A stretch of 64,000 nucleotides of DNA, taken from contig CAYRJZ010000001.1 of assembly GCA_964424775.1 (NCBI GenBank), positions 204,748-268,747 of the forward strand, written 5' to 3'. This stretch comes from an uncultured Gammaproteobacteria bacterium (GTDB lineage Bacteria > Patescibacteriota > Microgenomatia > Levybacterales > UBA12049). This document shows positions 43,144-52,161 of this stretch, piece by piece. How positions within the stretch are numbered: the first letter of the stretch is position 1; every line of letters begins with the position of its first letter. Below the pieces are notes generated by a model, which did not search any database, was not told where the DNA came from, and saw nothing but the letters and a program-made list of their open reading frames with translations. A program made the translations under genes and the position numbers.

Positions 43144-45300
43144 TTGTATATGAAAGCAAAACGCCGCCCAACTCGAAGACGTGCCGGTCGAGTTAAGTTG
43201 AAGAAAAATACAATATACACCCTCTTTGCTGTAGGACTTTTTCTAGCATCTGCCTTGCTCCTTCTTTCCTTTACGAAAAGTGGATCATCAGCTATCGCTT
43301 TAAATTCGATGCTTACTGATAAATTTGGAGGAACAGCATTTTTAGTGCCTTTTGTTCTTTTCTTCTTTGCTTTTTTTGTCCTTCATCTCAAGAAATTTTT
43401 TCTTTCCCAGGCAAATGTAGCATTCGGATTTTTAGTATTCTTTGTTTCTCTTCTCGGACTCACAAAGAGTGGAACAATTGGAAGCGGAATGTTTCAGATC
43501 TTAGAAGAAATTCTTACGACTGTGGGTGCAGATCTTGTTTTTATTGCAGGACTTATTGTCGGAAATATCGTCTTTTTTGATACGTCAGTTGATGAGATTT
43601 TTCAATTCCTTCGGACGATTGGAAATAATATGCATCGGCTTGTTCCCCTAAGTTTATTCAGTAGAGGGGATAAGGAGGCAAAGCCATCTATTCTTGACCG
43701 AAGTAAGCCAATGGCGATAAAAGGTGGACAAAAGATAGAGAGCGCTCCAAATCCGGCGAAGATTGCACCTGCTCCGGTTATAAATAAAAAAGAGCCAGAA
43801 GAATTGATTTCTGCAAAATTAGTGACGAATGTTCTTGCAGATACAGGAAATGGTATCTGGGAGTACCCTCCTCTCTCTCTCCTCAATGAAAATCCAGGGG
43901 CAAAAGCTGATAGAGGTGATATTAATAAAATTGCGAAGAAAATTGAAGATACACTGCAAAGCTTTGGTGTTGATGCTCGTGTAGCTGAAGTCAATTTGGG
44001 TCCAGCTGTCACACAATACGCTCTTGAGATTGCGCTTGGAACAAAAGTATCAAAAATCACTGCACTTGCAAATGACTTGGCGCTTGCAACTGAAGCACCA
44101 ACAGGACAGATTCGTATTGAAGCTCCTATTCCAGGAAGGAATCTGGTGGGTATCGAAATTCCAAATCGTTCACTTGAAGTCGTTACACTTCGAACGATGT
44201 TAAGTTCTGCAACAATGCAGAAGATGAAGAATAAGCTGGCTGTTTCTATGGGACTTGATGTATCAGGAAGTCCACTCGTTGCTGATATTGCCAAAATGCC
44301 ACACGTATTAGTTGCAGGTACAACGGGATCAGGAAAGTCTGTTCTTGTGAATTCATTTATTTGTTCACTTCTCTTTAGAGCATCACCACAAGAAGTAAAA
44401 TTAATTCTCGTTGACCCTAAGAGAGTTGAGTTCACTGCCTATAATGGCATCCCTCACCTGCTCACTCCTGTTATTGTTGAAGTTGAAAAAATTCTTTCAG
44501 CTCTGAAGTGGAGTATGGGTGAAATGGACAGAAGGTACAAATTATTTGCTGAACGAGGAGTTCGAAATATTGAAGGATATAATGAACTCTCAGGATTTCA
44601 GGCATTACCATATATAGTCATTGTTGTTGACGAACTTGCTGATCTTATGATGTTTGCTCCTGTTGAGGTTGAAGATGCTATTGCTCGCCTTGCACAGATG
44701 GCACGTGCAACAGGTATTCATCTGGTTATAGCAACACAGAGGCCGTCTGTAAATGTCATTACAGGACTTATTAAGGCAAATATTCCTTGTCGAATTGCCT
44801 TTAATGTATCTTCCATGATTGATTCACGTGTCATCATTGATGGTCCAGGAGCTGAAAAATTGCTTGGAAGAGGAGACATGCTATACGTACCACCAGAGTC
44901 TTCAAAACCAACTCGTATTCAGGGCGCTTTTGTATCAGAGAAAGAAGTAAAGAAGTTAGTAGAGTTCCTCAAGAGTAGCAATTTTCCTGTTGAATATACT
45001 GAAGAAGTACTCACACAGCCTGTCGGTGGGGGTAAAGGGAAAATGGGAATGGGTGATGGATCGGGAGACGGTAAGGATGCAATGTTTGAGGATGCAGTTA
45101 GAATCGTATGTCAGTTTGATACGGCGTCAGCTTCCTTCTTACAGCGAAAAATGTCTATTGGTTATTCTCGTGCTGCTCGAATTATTGATCAATTAGAAGA
45201 AGCAGGTATAATAGGTCCAGGAGCTGGATCAAAACCACGCGATGTACTCGTGCGTAACGCAGACGAATATCTCACCAATCTCCAGCAACAGCAATCATAA
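43144..45300 (+). CDS. ftsK: DNA translocase FtsK/SpoIIIE
   Basis: 4 N-terminal TM helices, linker, motor domain HVLVAGTTGSGKSVLVNSFICSLL, ...VVDELADLMM, C-terminal gamma winged-helix FLQRKMSIGYSRAARIIDQLEEAGIIG. Confidence 0.9.
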   Translation: MYMKAKRRPTRRRAGRVKLKKNTIYTLFAVGLFLASALLLLSFTKSGSSAIALNSMLTDKFGGTAFLVPFVLFFFAFFVLHLKKFFLSQANVAFGFLVFFVSLLGLTKSGTIGSGMFQILEEILTTVGADLVFIAGLIVGNIVFFDTSVDEIFQFLRTIGNNMHRLVPLSLFSRGDKEAKPSILDRSKPMAIKGGQKIESAPNPAKIAPAPVINKKEPEELISAKLVTNVLADTGNGIWEYPPLSLLNENPGAKADRGDINKIAKKIEDTLQSFGVDARVAEVNLGPAVTQYALEIALGTKVSKITALANDLALATEAPTGQIRIEAPIPGRNLVGIEIPNRSLEVVTLRTMLSSATMQKMKNKLAVSMGLDVSGSPLVADIAKMPHVLVAGTTGSGKSVLVNSFICSLLFRASPQEVKLILVDPKRVEFTAYNGIPHLLTPVIVEVEKILSALKWSMGEMDRRYKLFAERGVRNIEGYNELSGFQALPYIVIVVDELADLMMFAPVEVEDAIARLAQMARATGIHLVIATQRPSVNVITGLIKANIPCRIAFNVSSMIDSRVIIDGPGAEKLLGRGDMLYVPPESSKPTRIQGAFVSEKEVKKLVEFLKSSNFPVEYTEEVLTQPVGGGKGKMGMGDGSGDGKDAMFEDAVRIVCQFDTASASFLQRKMSIGYSRAARIIDQLEEAGIIGPGAGSKPRDVLVRNADEYLTNLQQQQS

Positions 45301-45335
45301 GAGAATCGCTGTAACAATTTTCTTAAGTTTTTTTT

Positions 45336-45974
45336 ATGATACGTGTAGGACAACGGTTAAAGGAAGTAAGACTTGCGAAACATCTCTCGCTTGAGGATGT
45401 TGCGAAACACACGAAGATTCGTGCATCTTTTCTATCAGCAATAGAAAGAGGAGAATACCATAAATTACCTTCAAGTTCTTATGCCCAAGGATTTGTAAGA
45501 AATTATGCTGAATATCTCGGCCTGCCTGTTAATGAGATTATGGCACTGTTTCGTCGAGAGTTTGATGAGGAAAAAAGTTTTCGAGTCATTCCGGAAGGAT
45601 TTGTAAAAGAAGATGGACTTCCAGTACGGAAAATTAAGTTTCATCAGTCGATTTTGCTGGTGATCGCAGCTCTCGTATTACTAGGAGGATTTCTTTTATT
45701 TCAATACAGGGCTGCTTTTATAGATCCAAAATTAATCGTTGAATCGCCAAAAGAAAATGATATTACCTCAACTGATGTGAAAGTTACGGGTGAATCAGAT
45801 CCGAATGCTACAGTGACAGTTAATAATACTCCTGTTATTTTAACCAAACAGGGTAAGTTCACAAAACAAATTGCTGTATTTCCTGGAAAAGCAACAGTTG
45901 TTATTCGAGCAGTGAATACATTTGGAAGAGAAAGTATTATTGAGCGAACAATTGAGGTCAGAACGACTCCTTGA
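45336..45974 (+). CDS. RodZ-like HTH (XRE-family) membrane protein
   Basis: LKEVRLAKHLSLEDVAKHTKIRASFLSAIERGEYHKLPSSSYAQGFVRNYAEYLGL HTH, single TM, C-terminal beta-rich domain. Confidence 0.6.
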   Translation: MIRVGQRLKEVRLAKHLSLEDVAKHTKIRASFLSAIERGEYHKLPSSSYAQGFVRNYAEYLGLPVNEIMALFRREFDEEKSFRVIPEGFVKEDGLPVRKIKFHQSILLVIAALVLLGGFLLFQYRAAFIDPKLIVESPKENDITSTDVKVTGESDPNATVTVNNTPVILTKQGKFTKQIAVFPGKATVVIRAVNTFGRESIIERTIEVRTTP

Positions 45975-46006
45975 CACCTCAGTGTGGGTAGAGTAAGCTA
46001 AATAAT

Positions 46007-46297
46007 ATGGTTGATACAGTTCAGCTAGTTCTTTTTTTCGTCATTATTGTGCTCACGATTCTTCTTGTCGTACTTGGAATACAAGTTTACTATATTTTGA
46101 AAGAAGTACGAAAAACTATTGAAAAAACGAATAAAGTTCTCGATGATACAGGGACGATCACAGAAAGTATTTCCAAACCTGTCTCCTCTCTCTCAACTGT
46201 TACCATGGGCTTGAAAGCTAGTTCAGTGCTGACGGTTGCAAAGGTTATTAAAAGTCTCCTAAGTCGTGATGATGACGACAAGCGTAGAAAGGAATAA
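46007..46297 (+). CDS. DUF948 (YtxG-like) small membrane protein
   Basis: N-terminal TM LVLFFVIIVLTILLVVLGIQVYYIL followed by helical region KEVRKTIEKTNKVLDD. Paired with the YtxH-like gene as in the Bacillus ytxG-ytxH pair. Confidence 0.45.
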   Translation: MVDTVQLVLFFVIIVLTILLVVLGIQVYYILKEVRKTIEKTNKVLDDTGTITESISKPVSSLSTVTMGLKASSVLTVAKVIKSLLSRDDDDKRRKE

Positions 46298-46299
46298 AG

Positions 46300-46698
46300 A
46301 TGGATTCTAAAAGACACGGGGGAAATCTCAATCTATTTGTTTTTGGTGTTCTTGTAGGTGTGGCTGCAACTCTTCTCTTAACGACAAAAAAAGGTCGAAA
46401 ACTTCTCAAAGCACTCACCGATGAAGGTGTAGATAAATTATCTCAACTTGAGAATATGGTCAAAGAGATTGAAATTGAAGAAGAGGAAGATGAATACGAC
46501 GCAGATGAAGAAGGTCCAGTTGGCGAGTCTGAAGTCAGTGATTATGTTGAAGAACCCGAGAGACGGGGAGAGAAGAAGATAGAGCGAATTGAAGTTAAAT
46601 CTCGACCTAAAATAGGTGAAATGAATGAAAAAGAAGAGAGTTCCAAATCTCGAAAAAGACTATTTAGAGGTATTCGTAAAAAAACTGCTAAAACTTAA
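46300..46698 (+). CDS. YtxH-like protein
   Basis: FVFGVLVGVAATLLLTTKKGRKLL matches the YtxH G-x3-G-x3-G...APKSG-type N-terminal helix. Acidic middle, basic C-terminus. Confidence 0.5.
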   Translation: MDSKRHGGNLNLFVFGVLVGVAATLLLTTKKGRKLLKALTDEGVDKLSQLENMVKEIEIEEEEDEYDADEEGPVGESEVSDYVEEPERRGEKKIERIEVKSRPKIGEMNEKEESSKSRKRLFRGIRKKTAKT

Positions 46699-47657
46699 GA
46701 ACTCAATCCGTACCTTTGTATATTCTCCTGATGCTGTTCACCTGTTCGAGCGTACCTGTTGATGCCATTTTTATCGGTAATGTAGTATAAGTATTCTGTA
46801 TTAGCAGGATTGGCAGCTGCTTCGAGTGCTTTAATCCCTGGATTTGAGATAGGGCCTGGTGGAAGACCTGGTTGAAGATATGTATTATATGGTGATTTAA
46901 CAGATTGGTACTCAGCTAGTGTAACTGGTGTCCACCAATTTCCATTAATATTCCCTTTTGCGTACTGGATAGTTGCATCAATTTGGAGTGCCATATTTAT
47001 TTCAAGTCGGTTATACATAACTGATGCGATAAGTGGTCGATCTTCATCATGTCTTGCTTCACGTTCTATCATCGAGGCTAAGATGACAAGTTGTTCTTTA
47101 GGAAGTGCCCGAGTACTTTTTGAGATGCTCTTATATCTTTCCTCAAATGTACCTGTTAAGAGGTTGATAATTGTCTCAATTGTTGCATCACGCGGAATGA
47201 GGTAGGTGTCAGGGAAAAGATACCCTTCTTGAGCTATAAGACTTTCTCTCCATGATGGCTCAAAGGTTGGAATTTTTTCTTCAAGTATTTGAGCAACCTC
47301 TTCAGCTCTCTTCCCCTCAGGAATAGTTACCCAAATATCAAGACTTCCTTTCGTCATTGCTTCAGCAATTTGTTCAGCAGTCATAGAAGGCGAGAGTCGA
47401 AAATCTCCTGCTTGAATCTTTTTGTCATATCCCTTTTGACGCACCATGAGGAAAAAGACAATTGAGTCTTTTATAAGACCTTGTTCTTTCAAATTATTTG
47501 AAATCGCTCGTATTCCAGTCCCTGGTTCAATAACAAACATTTTTTGTGATTTGTCACGAGCATTCAAGGGGCTTAGACCATTGTTCCACCAGAGAAGACC
47601 AATGAACCCTATCAATACAAATATACCTAATAATATAAATAATTTTCTCATGAGCAC
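46695..47657 (-). CDS. mltG: endolytic murein transglycosylase MltG (YceG family)
   Basis: N-terminal TM, FVIEPGTGIRAISNNLKEQGLIKD...QAGDFRLSPSMTAEQI..., YceG-like domain. Classical linkage to alaS on the same strand. Confidence 0.8.
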   Translation of the reverse strand: MLMRKLFILLGIFVLIGFIGLLWWNNGLSPLNARDKSQKMFVIEPGTGIRAISNNLKEQGLIKDSIVFFLMVRQKGYDKKIQAGDFRLSPSMTAEQIAEAMTKGSLDIWVTIPEGKRAEEVAQILEEKIPTFEPSWRESLIAQEGYLFPDTYLIPRDATIETIINLLTGTFEERYKSISKSTRALPKEQLVILASMIEREARHDEDRPLIASVMYNRLEINMALQIDATIQYAKGNINGNWWTPVTLAEYQSVKSPYNTYLQPGLPPGPISNPGIKALEAAANPANTEYLYYITDKNGINRYARTGEQHQENIQRYGLSS

Positions 47658-48931
47658 TAATTATACAAGAAAAGTGGGAAATGATGAACTGAATCTTTTG
47701 CCTCACGTAAATTATAAATTGAGTTACTATAAAGCGTATAGAGTACTTCTCCCTTTCTTACTTTTTGCCCAATTTTTTTATTAAGATAAATTCCCGCTTT
47801 TTTTTCATCAGGAGCACCGAGTATTTTTGCCAATACTGTTGCATTTTTACTATGAATTTTTTTTACAGTACCATTCGTTTTTGCAATAATTTCGTGAGAA
47901 TATCTCCCAGGTTTCAAACGTTCACTTGAGACTTTTGGGTCTCCTCCTTGGGCTTTAATTATTTCCTTCATTTTTCCCCAAGCTTTTCCAGAAGAGAGAA
48001 GATGCCTTGCCCATTCATGTCCGCTACCGAAGTCTTTTTTTATTTTTTCCTGGAGCGTTTTTGATGCATCATCAAGGCAAAGGTCAAGAAGGGCTCCAGC
48101 TAAGTTAAGTGCGCGTTCTTCAAGATCATATGGTCTATATTCTTGTTGTTCAAGGACGAGAATTGATTCTCGGGTTTCAAGTATTGGACCGATTCCTCTT
48201 CCTGCTGGTTCATCTGTTTTATGGATGAGAACACGGATTTTAATATCAAATTTTTTTGCTAATTTTTCAAACTTTCCTTTGAGTATCTCGGCATCTCTTA
48301 GTCTATGCACCTTTACCATCTCACCATATGGGAGATCTATGACAACATGTGTTGATCCAAAAGCAATTTTCTTTGCCATGATAGAAACAAGAATCTTATC
48401 AAAGCTTTCAAAGAGAAGTGGCTCTTCAACTTTTATAATGACATCATCAGCTGGGGCAATGTTGAAACTTCCTCCCCAGACAATACATCCATTTGTTTTT
48501 TCAACTATCTTATATATCTCTTTCTCATCAAAATCCACTTTTGATAAAACTTCCATATCATCAGCAGTACCACCTGGAGTTGTAATTGCGCGGCTTGAGC
48601 TTTTGGGAATCTTAAAACCCGCAGCTGCAATAATGGGGACGACGATAAGTGTTGTACGCGTACCAGGTACACCTCCAATGGAGTGCTTGTCTGCAACAAT
48701 TCCCTTAAAGTGCAATTTTTGACCCGTTTCTACCATTGCTTTAGTGAGGTAGTAAATTTCTTGATCAGTAAATCCTTCAGAATATCCTGATGCTGCGAAA
48801 TATGTTGTCAGTACATCACCCAGTCGTTCATTTGCGATTTCATCCATGATCGCGTAGATTTCAGCATAGTTGAGTTTTTTCCCAACTAACTTTTTTTGTA
48901 TTGCTTTGAGAGCAAGGTTTTGTTTATCCAT
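47657..48931 (-). CDS. AMP/thymidine (pyrimidine-nucleoside) phosphorylase family protein (glycosyl transferase family 3 fold)
   Basis: ADKHSIGGVPGTRTTLIVVPIIAAAGFKIPKSSSRAITTPGGTADDMEVL and C-terminal PYNP domain. 424 aa. Confidence 0.75.
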   Translation of the reverse strand: MDKQNLALKAIQKKLVGKKLNYAEIYAIMDEIANERLGDVLTTYFAASGYSEGFTDQEIYYLTKAMVETGQKLHFKGIVADKHSIGGVPGTRTTLIVVPIIAAAGFKIPKSSSRAITTPGGTADDMEVLSKVDFDEKEIYKIVEKTNGCIVWGGSFNIAPADDVIIKVEEPLLFESFDKILVSIMAKKIAFGSTHVVIDLPYGEMVKVHRLRDAEILKGKFEKLAKKFDIKIRVLIHKTDEPAGRGIGPILETRESILVLEQQEYRPYDLEERALNLAGALLDLCLDDASKTLQEKIKKDFGSGHEWARHLLSSGKAWGKMKEIIKAQGGDPKVSSERLKPGRYSHEIIAKTNGTVKKIHSKNATVLAKILGAPDEKKAGIYLNKKIGQKVRKGEVLYTLYSNSIYNLREAKDSVHHFPLFLYN

Positions 48932-49072
48932 TAATATGACCCCCCACCTTTAATTTGTTGCTTAGCGATAGCAATTCCTGCTCGGATAAGACGATAGAGA
49001 AAAAAAAGAAAGCCGTTTATTATTCGATAAATAGTTGGCCAGATTTGTTTTAAGTATGCGATAAGTTGTTCT

Positions 49073-49801
49073 TTATTCATTTGATACCATTCGTGTTTTT
49101 AAGATAAGTCTTTTCCATGTTGTCCCCGGCGGAGTACAGGTAACAATAGTTAAATAATTATCATCATAGTTTTGAGCGAAAAATGATGTGTCTGATGGAT
49201 CTGTAATTGATATTTCAAAAATTTTATATGTATACCGTACTCCCTCTACAGTTAATTCAATAGTATCATTGATTTGTAAGGTATGGAGGTTGGCAAATAT
49301 CGTTTTGTAATCATTTGCTTTATAGAGTTGCGGTAGTGTTGAGTGACCAAAAACAACTGCATTTCCTTTATTCGGAGGGACAGCTGTTCCTCCATAATGA
49401 ACAAGATGAGAAGATAAATTATTGTCTGTCGTCGAAACAATTGCATTTGTTATAGATAGTTTTGGAATACTCAGTTGGTATGCTGTAACGGCTGGTGTTG
49501 CTTTTGCCTGCTGGAAAGATGGGAACCAATTTTGCGCATTTGAATAATCGATTCCACTTAATGAGTGGGTAGCTTGTTGAATTAAACTCTTTATCGAAAC
49601 TTCATTCAGAACAGTTGAGTGTGGAATAGGAGCAGTGACATCATCAGCTGCAAAAGCAGGTCTGAGGTAGAGTTGAAATGAGATAAGTGGAAATGAAAAA
49701 TATGTCACTGCCAAGAGTCCACCTGCAAAGAGAAACAAGCCCAGTGCTTTTACTGAACGTCTTTTAAATTGTGTATTACTCTTTGTATAAACTTTTTTCA
49801 T
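49073..49801 (-). CDS. sortase-family transpeptidase
   Basis: N-terminal TM. AVVFGHSTLPQL and catalytic TIVTCTPPG (TLxTC Cys motif). Conserved Arg region near C-terminus. Confidence 0.7.
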   Translation of the reverse strand: MKKVYTKSNTQFKRRSVKALGLFLFAGGLLAVTYFSFPLISFQLYLRPAFAADDVTAPIPHSTVLNEVSIKSLIQQATHSLSGIDYSNAQNWFPSFQQAKATPAVTAYQLSIPKLSITNAIVSTTDNNLSSHLVHYGGTAVPPNKGNAVVFGHSTLPQLYKANDYKTIFANLHTLQINDTIELTVEGVRYTYKIFEISITDPSDTSFFAQNYDDNYLTIVTCTPPGTTWKRLILKTRMVSNE

Positions 49802-52146
49802 TATGTATTAAGTGTTACCGTTATATTCTTTTTTATTCGTGGGAGAAATTTAGGCAGAAGAGGTATGTTTGGTGATAATTGAATTTCTGATGTTTTAACT
49901 TGCGGTAGTGAATTTAAGTATTCAGTTGCATTCACTTCAGATTTACCTGTTATTTCTGAAATAATGTCATCATTTTGAATCTTTGGAAGAAGACCTCCTT
50001 TCATACTAAGAGTAGCTGTAGCCTCATCTTTTTCGACTTCAATATCTCTCAACTCTGTTTGAGTATCTTTGTCAGAAAGAGATAAGTCATCAGTTGATTC
50101 TTCCTTGAGAAGAGTTTGTGCGAGGTCTTTTACATCTTTTGTACTATACGCAAGTGTGGTAAAGAGTACTGTTGCTTTCAATGTAACTTGTTTTGCCTCC
50201 TCATTGATATCTTTATCAAAATTTTTCTTTGTTAATGTAATATCAATAAATTCACTAAGCGCTTCTTCATCACTTCCAAGTTTTTCCCTGAGCGCTTCTT
50301 TTGCTTTTTCTTCAAGAGATTCTGGTAAATCCTCAGATAATGCATCGGCATCTTTTTTAGAAAAAACGGTGACTTCTTTCTTAGATCCTCCAGAAAAAGC
50401 AGATTCGTTTCGTGCAGCAACTCCTGACAGACCATTAAAATCGAATTCTGTTTTGGAAGGGAGGTTGTATTCATTTCCAATTTGTTTAGCTGTAACTGCA
50501 ACTTGAGCTGTCCCAGACTTAATGCCAGAGAAGATATCTCCAGAAGCAGATGCAATAGCCACTTCTTTATCTGTTATAAATTCTCGATTATTTTTTGAAG
50601 TAAGTGTTGATCCTGCTGGGATGACTTTTCGTGCGGAGGACTGATTATAAACAGTTACAGTCCCTTTCGCCTTTTCTCCAATTTCTTTTTTTCCAGTAAC
50701 ATTTATGGTCGCACTTCCTTCAAGTTGAACTTCAACTTCTTTTGCTCCCAGAATTCGTTCACTAAAATTGTTTCCTGAGTTAAGTGCAAGAGTAATTGTC
50801 TCTTCTCTTTCAATATCTTTTGGTTCAAGTGTCAAGACGACATTCGCTTTGACATTGAGTACATAGAGAAGAATGAGAGCTATGAGTCCGATAAGGACAG
50901 CGGGAATGAAAAGTGTTAACTTTCCTTTTGGAAGAGGAAGGGTACTAAACGACATTCCTTTTGGTATAAAACGGCTAAGTGATGAGAAAGCCCCAAGGAG
51001 TGCGTTCAAAGGAGAAGATTTTCCAGCTTGTTCTTCATCATCATTATGATTTCGATTGTTGGAATGGGATGTAAAATCAGGAGCTGTGAGATTGTCTGAT
51101 TGAGCTGCATTAATAGTAAAAGATGGAGGTTCTTCATTTGTGTGAACATAAGGAGGGGTTTTGACAGTGGTTACATCTTTCCCTAGAACAAATCCAAAAT
51201 CATCCGCTTCAGTTTCTTCAACTTTTGATTCTTTTTTCTTATCTTCTTCTTGTGTCTCATCACTTATTTTTTCTTCAATTGCATCCTCTTCATTGTTATG
51301 TACTTCTTTTTTATGATGGGATCCTTTTTCATGAGCTTTTTCTTCCTGATGATCAAGGTCAGTAATTTTCAAATCGTCAAAGATATGAGTTGCGCTCAGC
51401 CCCATTTGATCTGCTGCCCCATATACCATGGCTTTTCCATCAAATCCGTTTGGTAAGACCGAAATCTGCGGTACATGAAGAAAAGGGATGCTTTTACTAA
51501 AGTGATGCGCTATAAACTCTTGTGCCAGATTTTCATTAGGTGTGTCATTAAGAAGGACGATTCGAGAGGGTAAGACATCAACGGTAAAGTGATGGAGGAG
51601 TTTATCAACCATTTGAGTGACAGAGCCTGTGATTTCAGAAGAATTACTCTCAAGTATTTTACCCGCTCTAAAAAGTGAGAGTGAAACATGTGTCGGTGTT
51701 ATATCTGCGAGTACTGCGGAAAGTGGGGCGCCTTCTTCTTTTTGAATTAGGTGAGAGATTGCCTCAGATATGACCATAAATCCAATTGGCTTGAGAGACA
51801 ATTCATCACAAATTCTTTTTAATTTAGATAAGTATTCTTTTTTTATTTTTTTATCTTCAACCCATGATTCTTTAACCCCAAATACGGTACTTTCTGTCTC
51901 AACTGAAGGGGGAAGTGTCTCTTCTGCGCGACTTATCGTTTTATCAAGAACAGTAAGTAATTCCTCATAGGCGAAATCTTCGAGAGGGGAGGTCAGAGCT
52001 TCTTCGTGTCGTCCAATTACTTTAATAGCTCCTTGTACTTCTTCTATAATAATTGCAACAGCTTTTTCGTCACGAAGAAGAAGCGCTAAATAATGCACTG
52101 AAGAACTATTCTTTTTCTGTAGGAGGCTAGGGATAGGCAGTTTCAT
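49801..52146 (-). CDS. bitopic protein: cytoplasmic FtsA/PilM/GspL-like actin-fold domain (no ATP-binding motifs) + acidic linker + TM + ~370-aa extracytoplasmic domain
   Basis: N-terminal LALLLRDEKAVAIIIEEVQGAIKVIGRHEE aligns by eye with the FtsA/PilM N-terminus (LVVGLEIGTAKVAALVGEV...) but without the DxG phosphate motifs. His/Glu/Lys-rich linker. Single TM LFIPAVLIGLIALILLYVL. Unrecognised beta-rich ectodomain. Confidence 0.45.
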   Translation of the reverse strand: MKLPIPSLLQKKNSSSVHYLALLLRDEKAVAIIIEEVQGAIKVIGRHEEALTSPLEDFAYEELLTVLDKTISRAEETLPPSVETESTVFGVKESWVEDKKIKKEYLSKLKRICDELSLKPIGFMVISEAISHLIQKEEGAPLSAVLADITPTHVSLSLFRAGKILESNSSEITGSVTQMVDKLLHHFTVDVLPSRIVLLNDTPNENLAQEFIAHHFSKSIPFLHVPQISVLPNGFDGKAMVYGAADQMGLSATHIFDDLKITDLDHQEEKAHEKGSHHKKEVHNNEEDAIEEKISDETQEEDKKKESKVEETEADDFGFVLGKDVTTVKTPPYVHTNEEPPSFTINAAQSDNLTAPDFTSHSNNRNHNDDEEQAGKSSPLNALLGAFSSLSRFIPKGMSFSTLPLPKGKLTLFIPAVLIGLIALILLYVLNVKANVVLTLEPKDIEREETITLALNSGNNFSERILGAKEVEVQLEGSATINVTGKKEIGEKAKGTVTVYNQSSARKVIPAGSTLTSKNNREFITDKEVAIASASGDIFSGIKSGTAQVAVTAKQIGNEYNLPSKTEFDFNGLSGVAARNESAFSGGSKKEVTVFSKKDADALSEDLPESLEEKAKEALREKLGSDEEALSEFIDITLTKKNFDKDINEEAKQVTLKATVLFTTLAYSTKDVKDLAQTLLKEESTDDLSLSDKDTQTELRDIEVEKDEATATLSMKGGLLPKIQNDDIISEITGKSEVNATEYLNSLPQVKTSEIQLSPNIPLLPKFLPRIKKNITVTLNT

Positions 52147-52161
52147 AATTTCATCGATATT

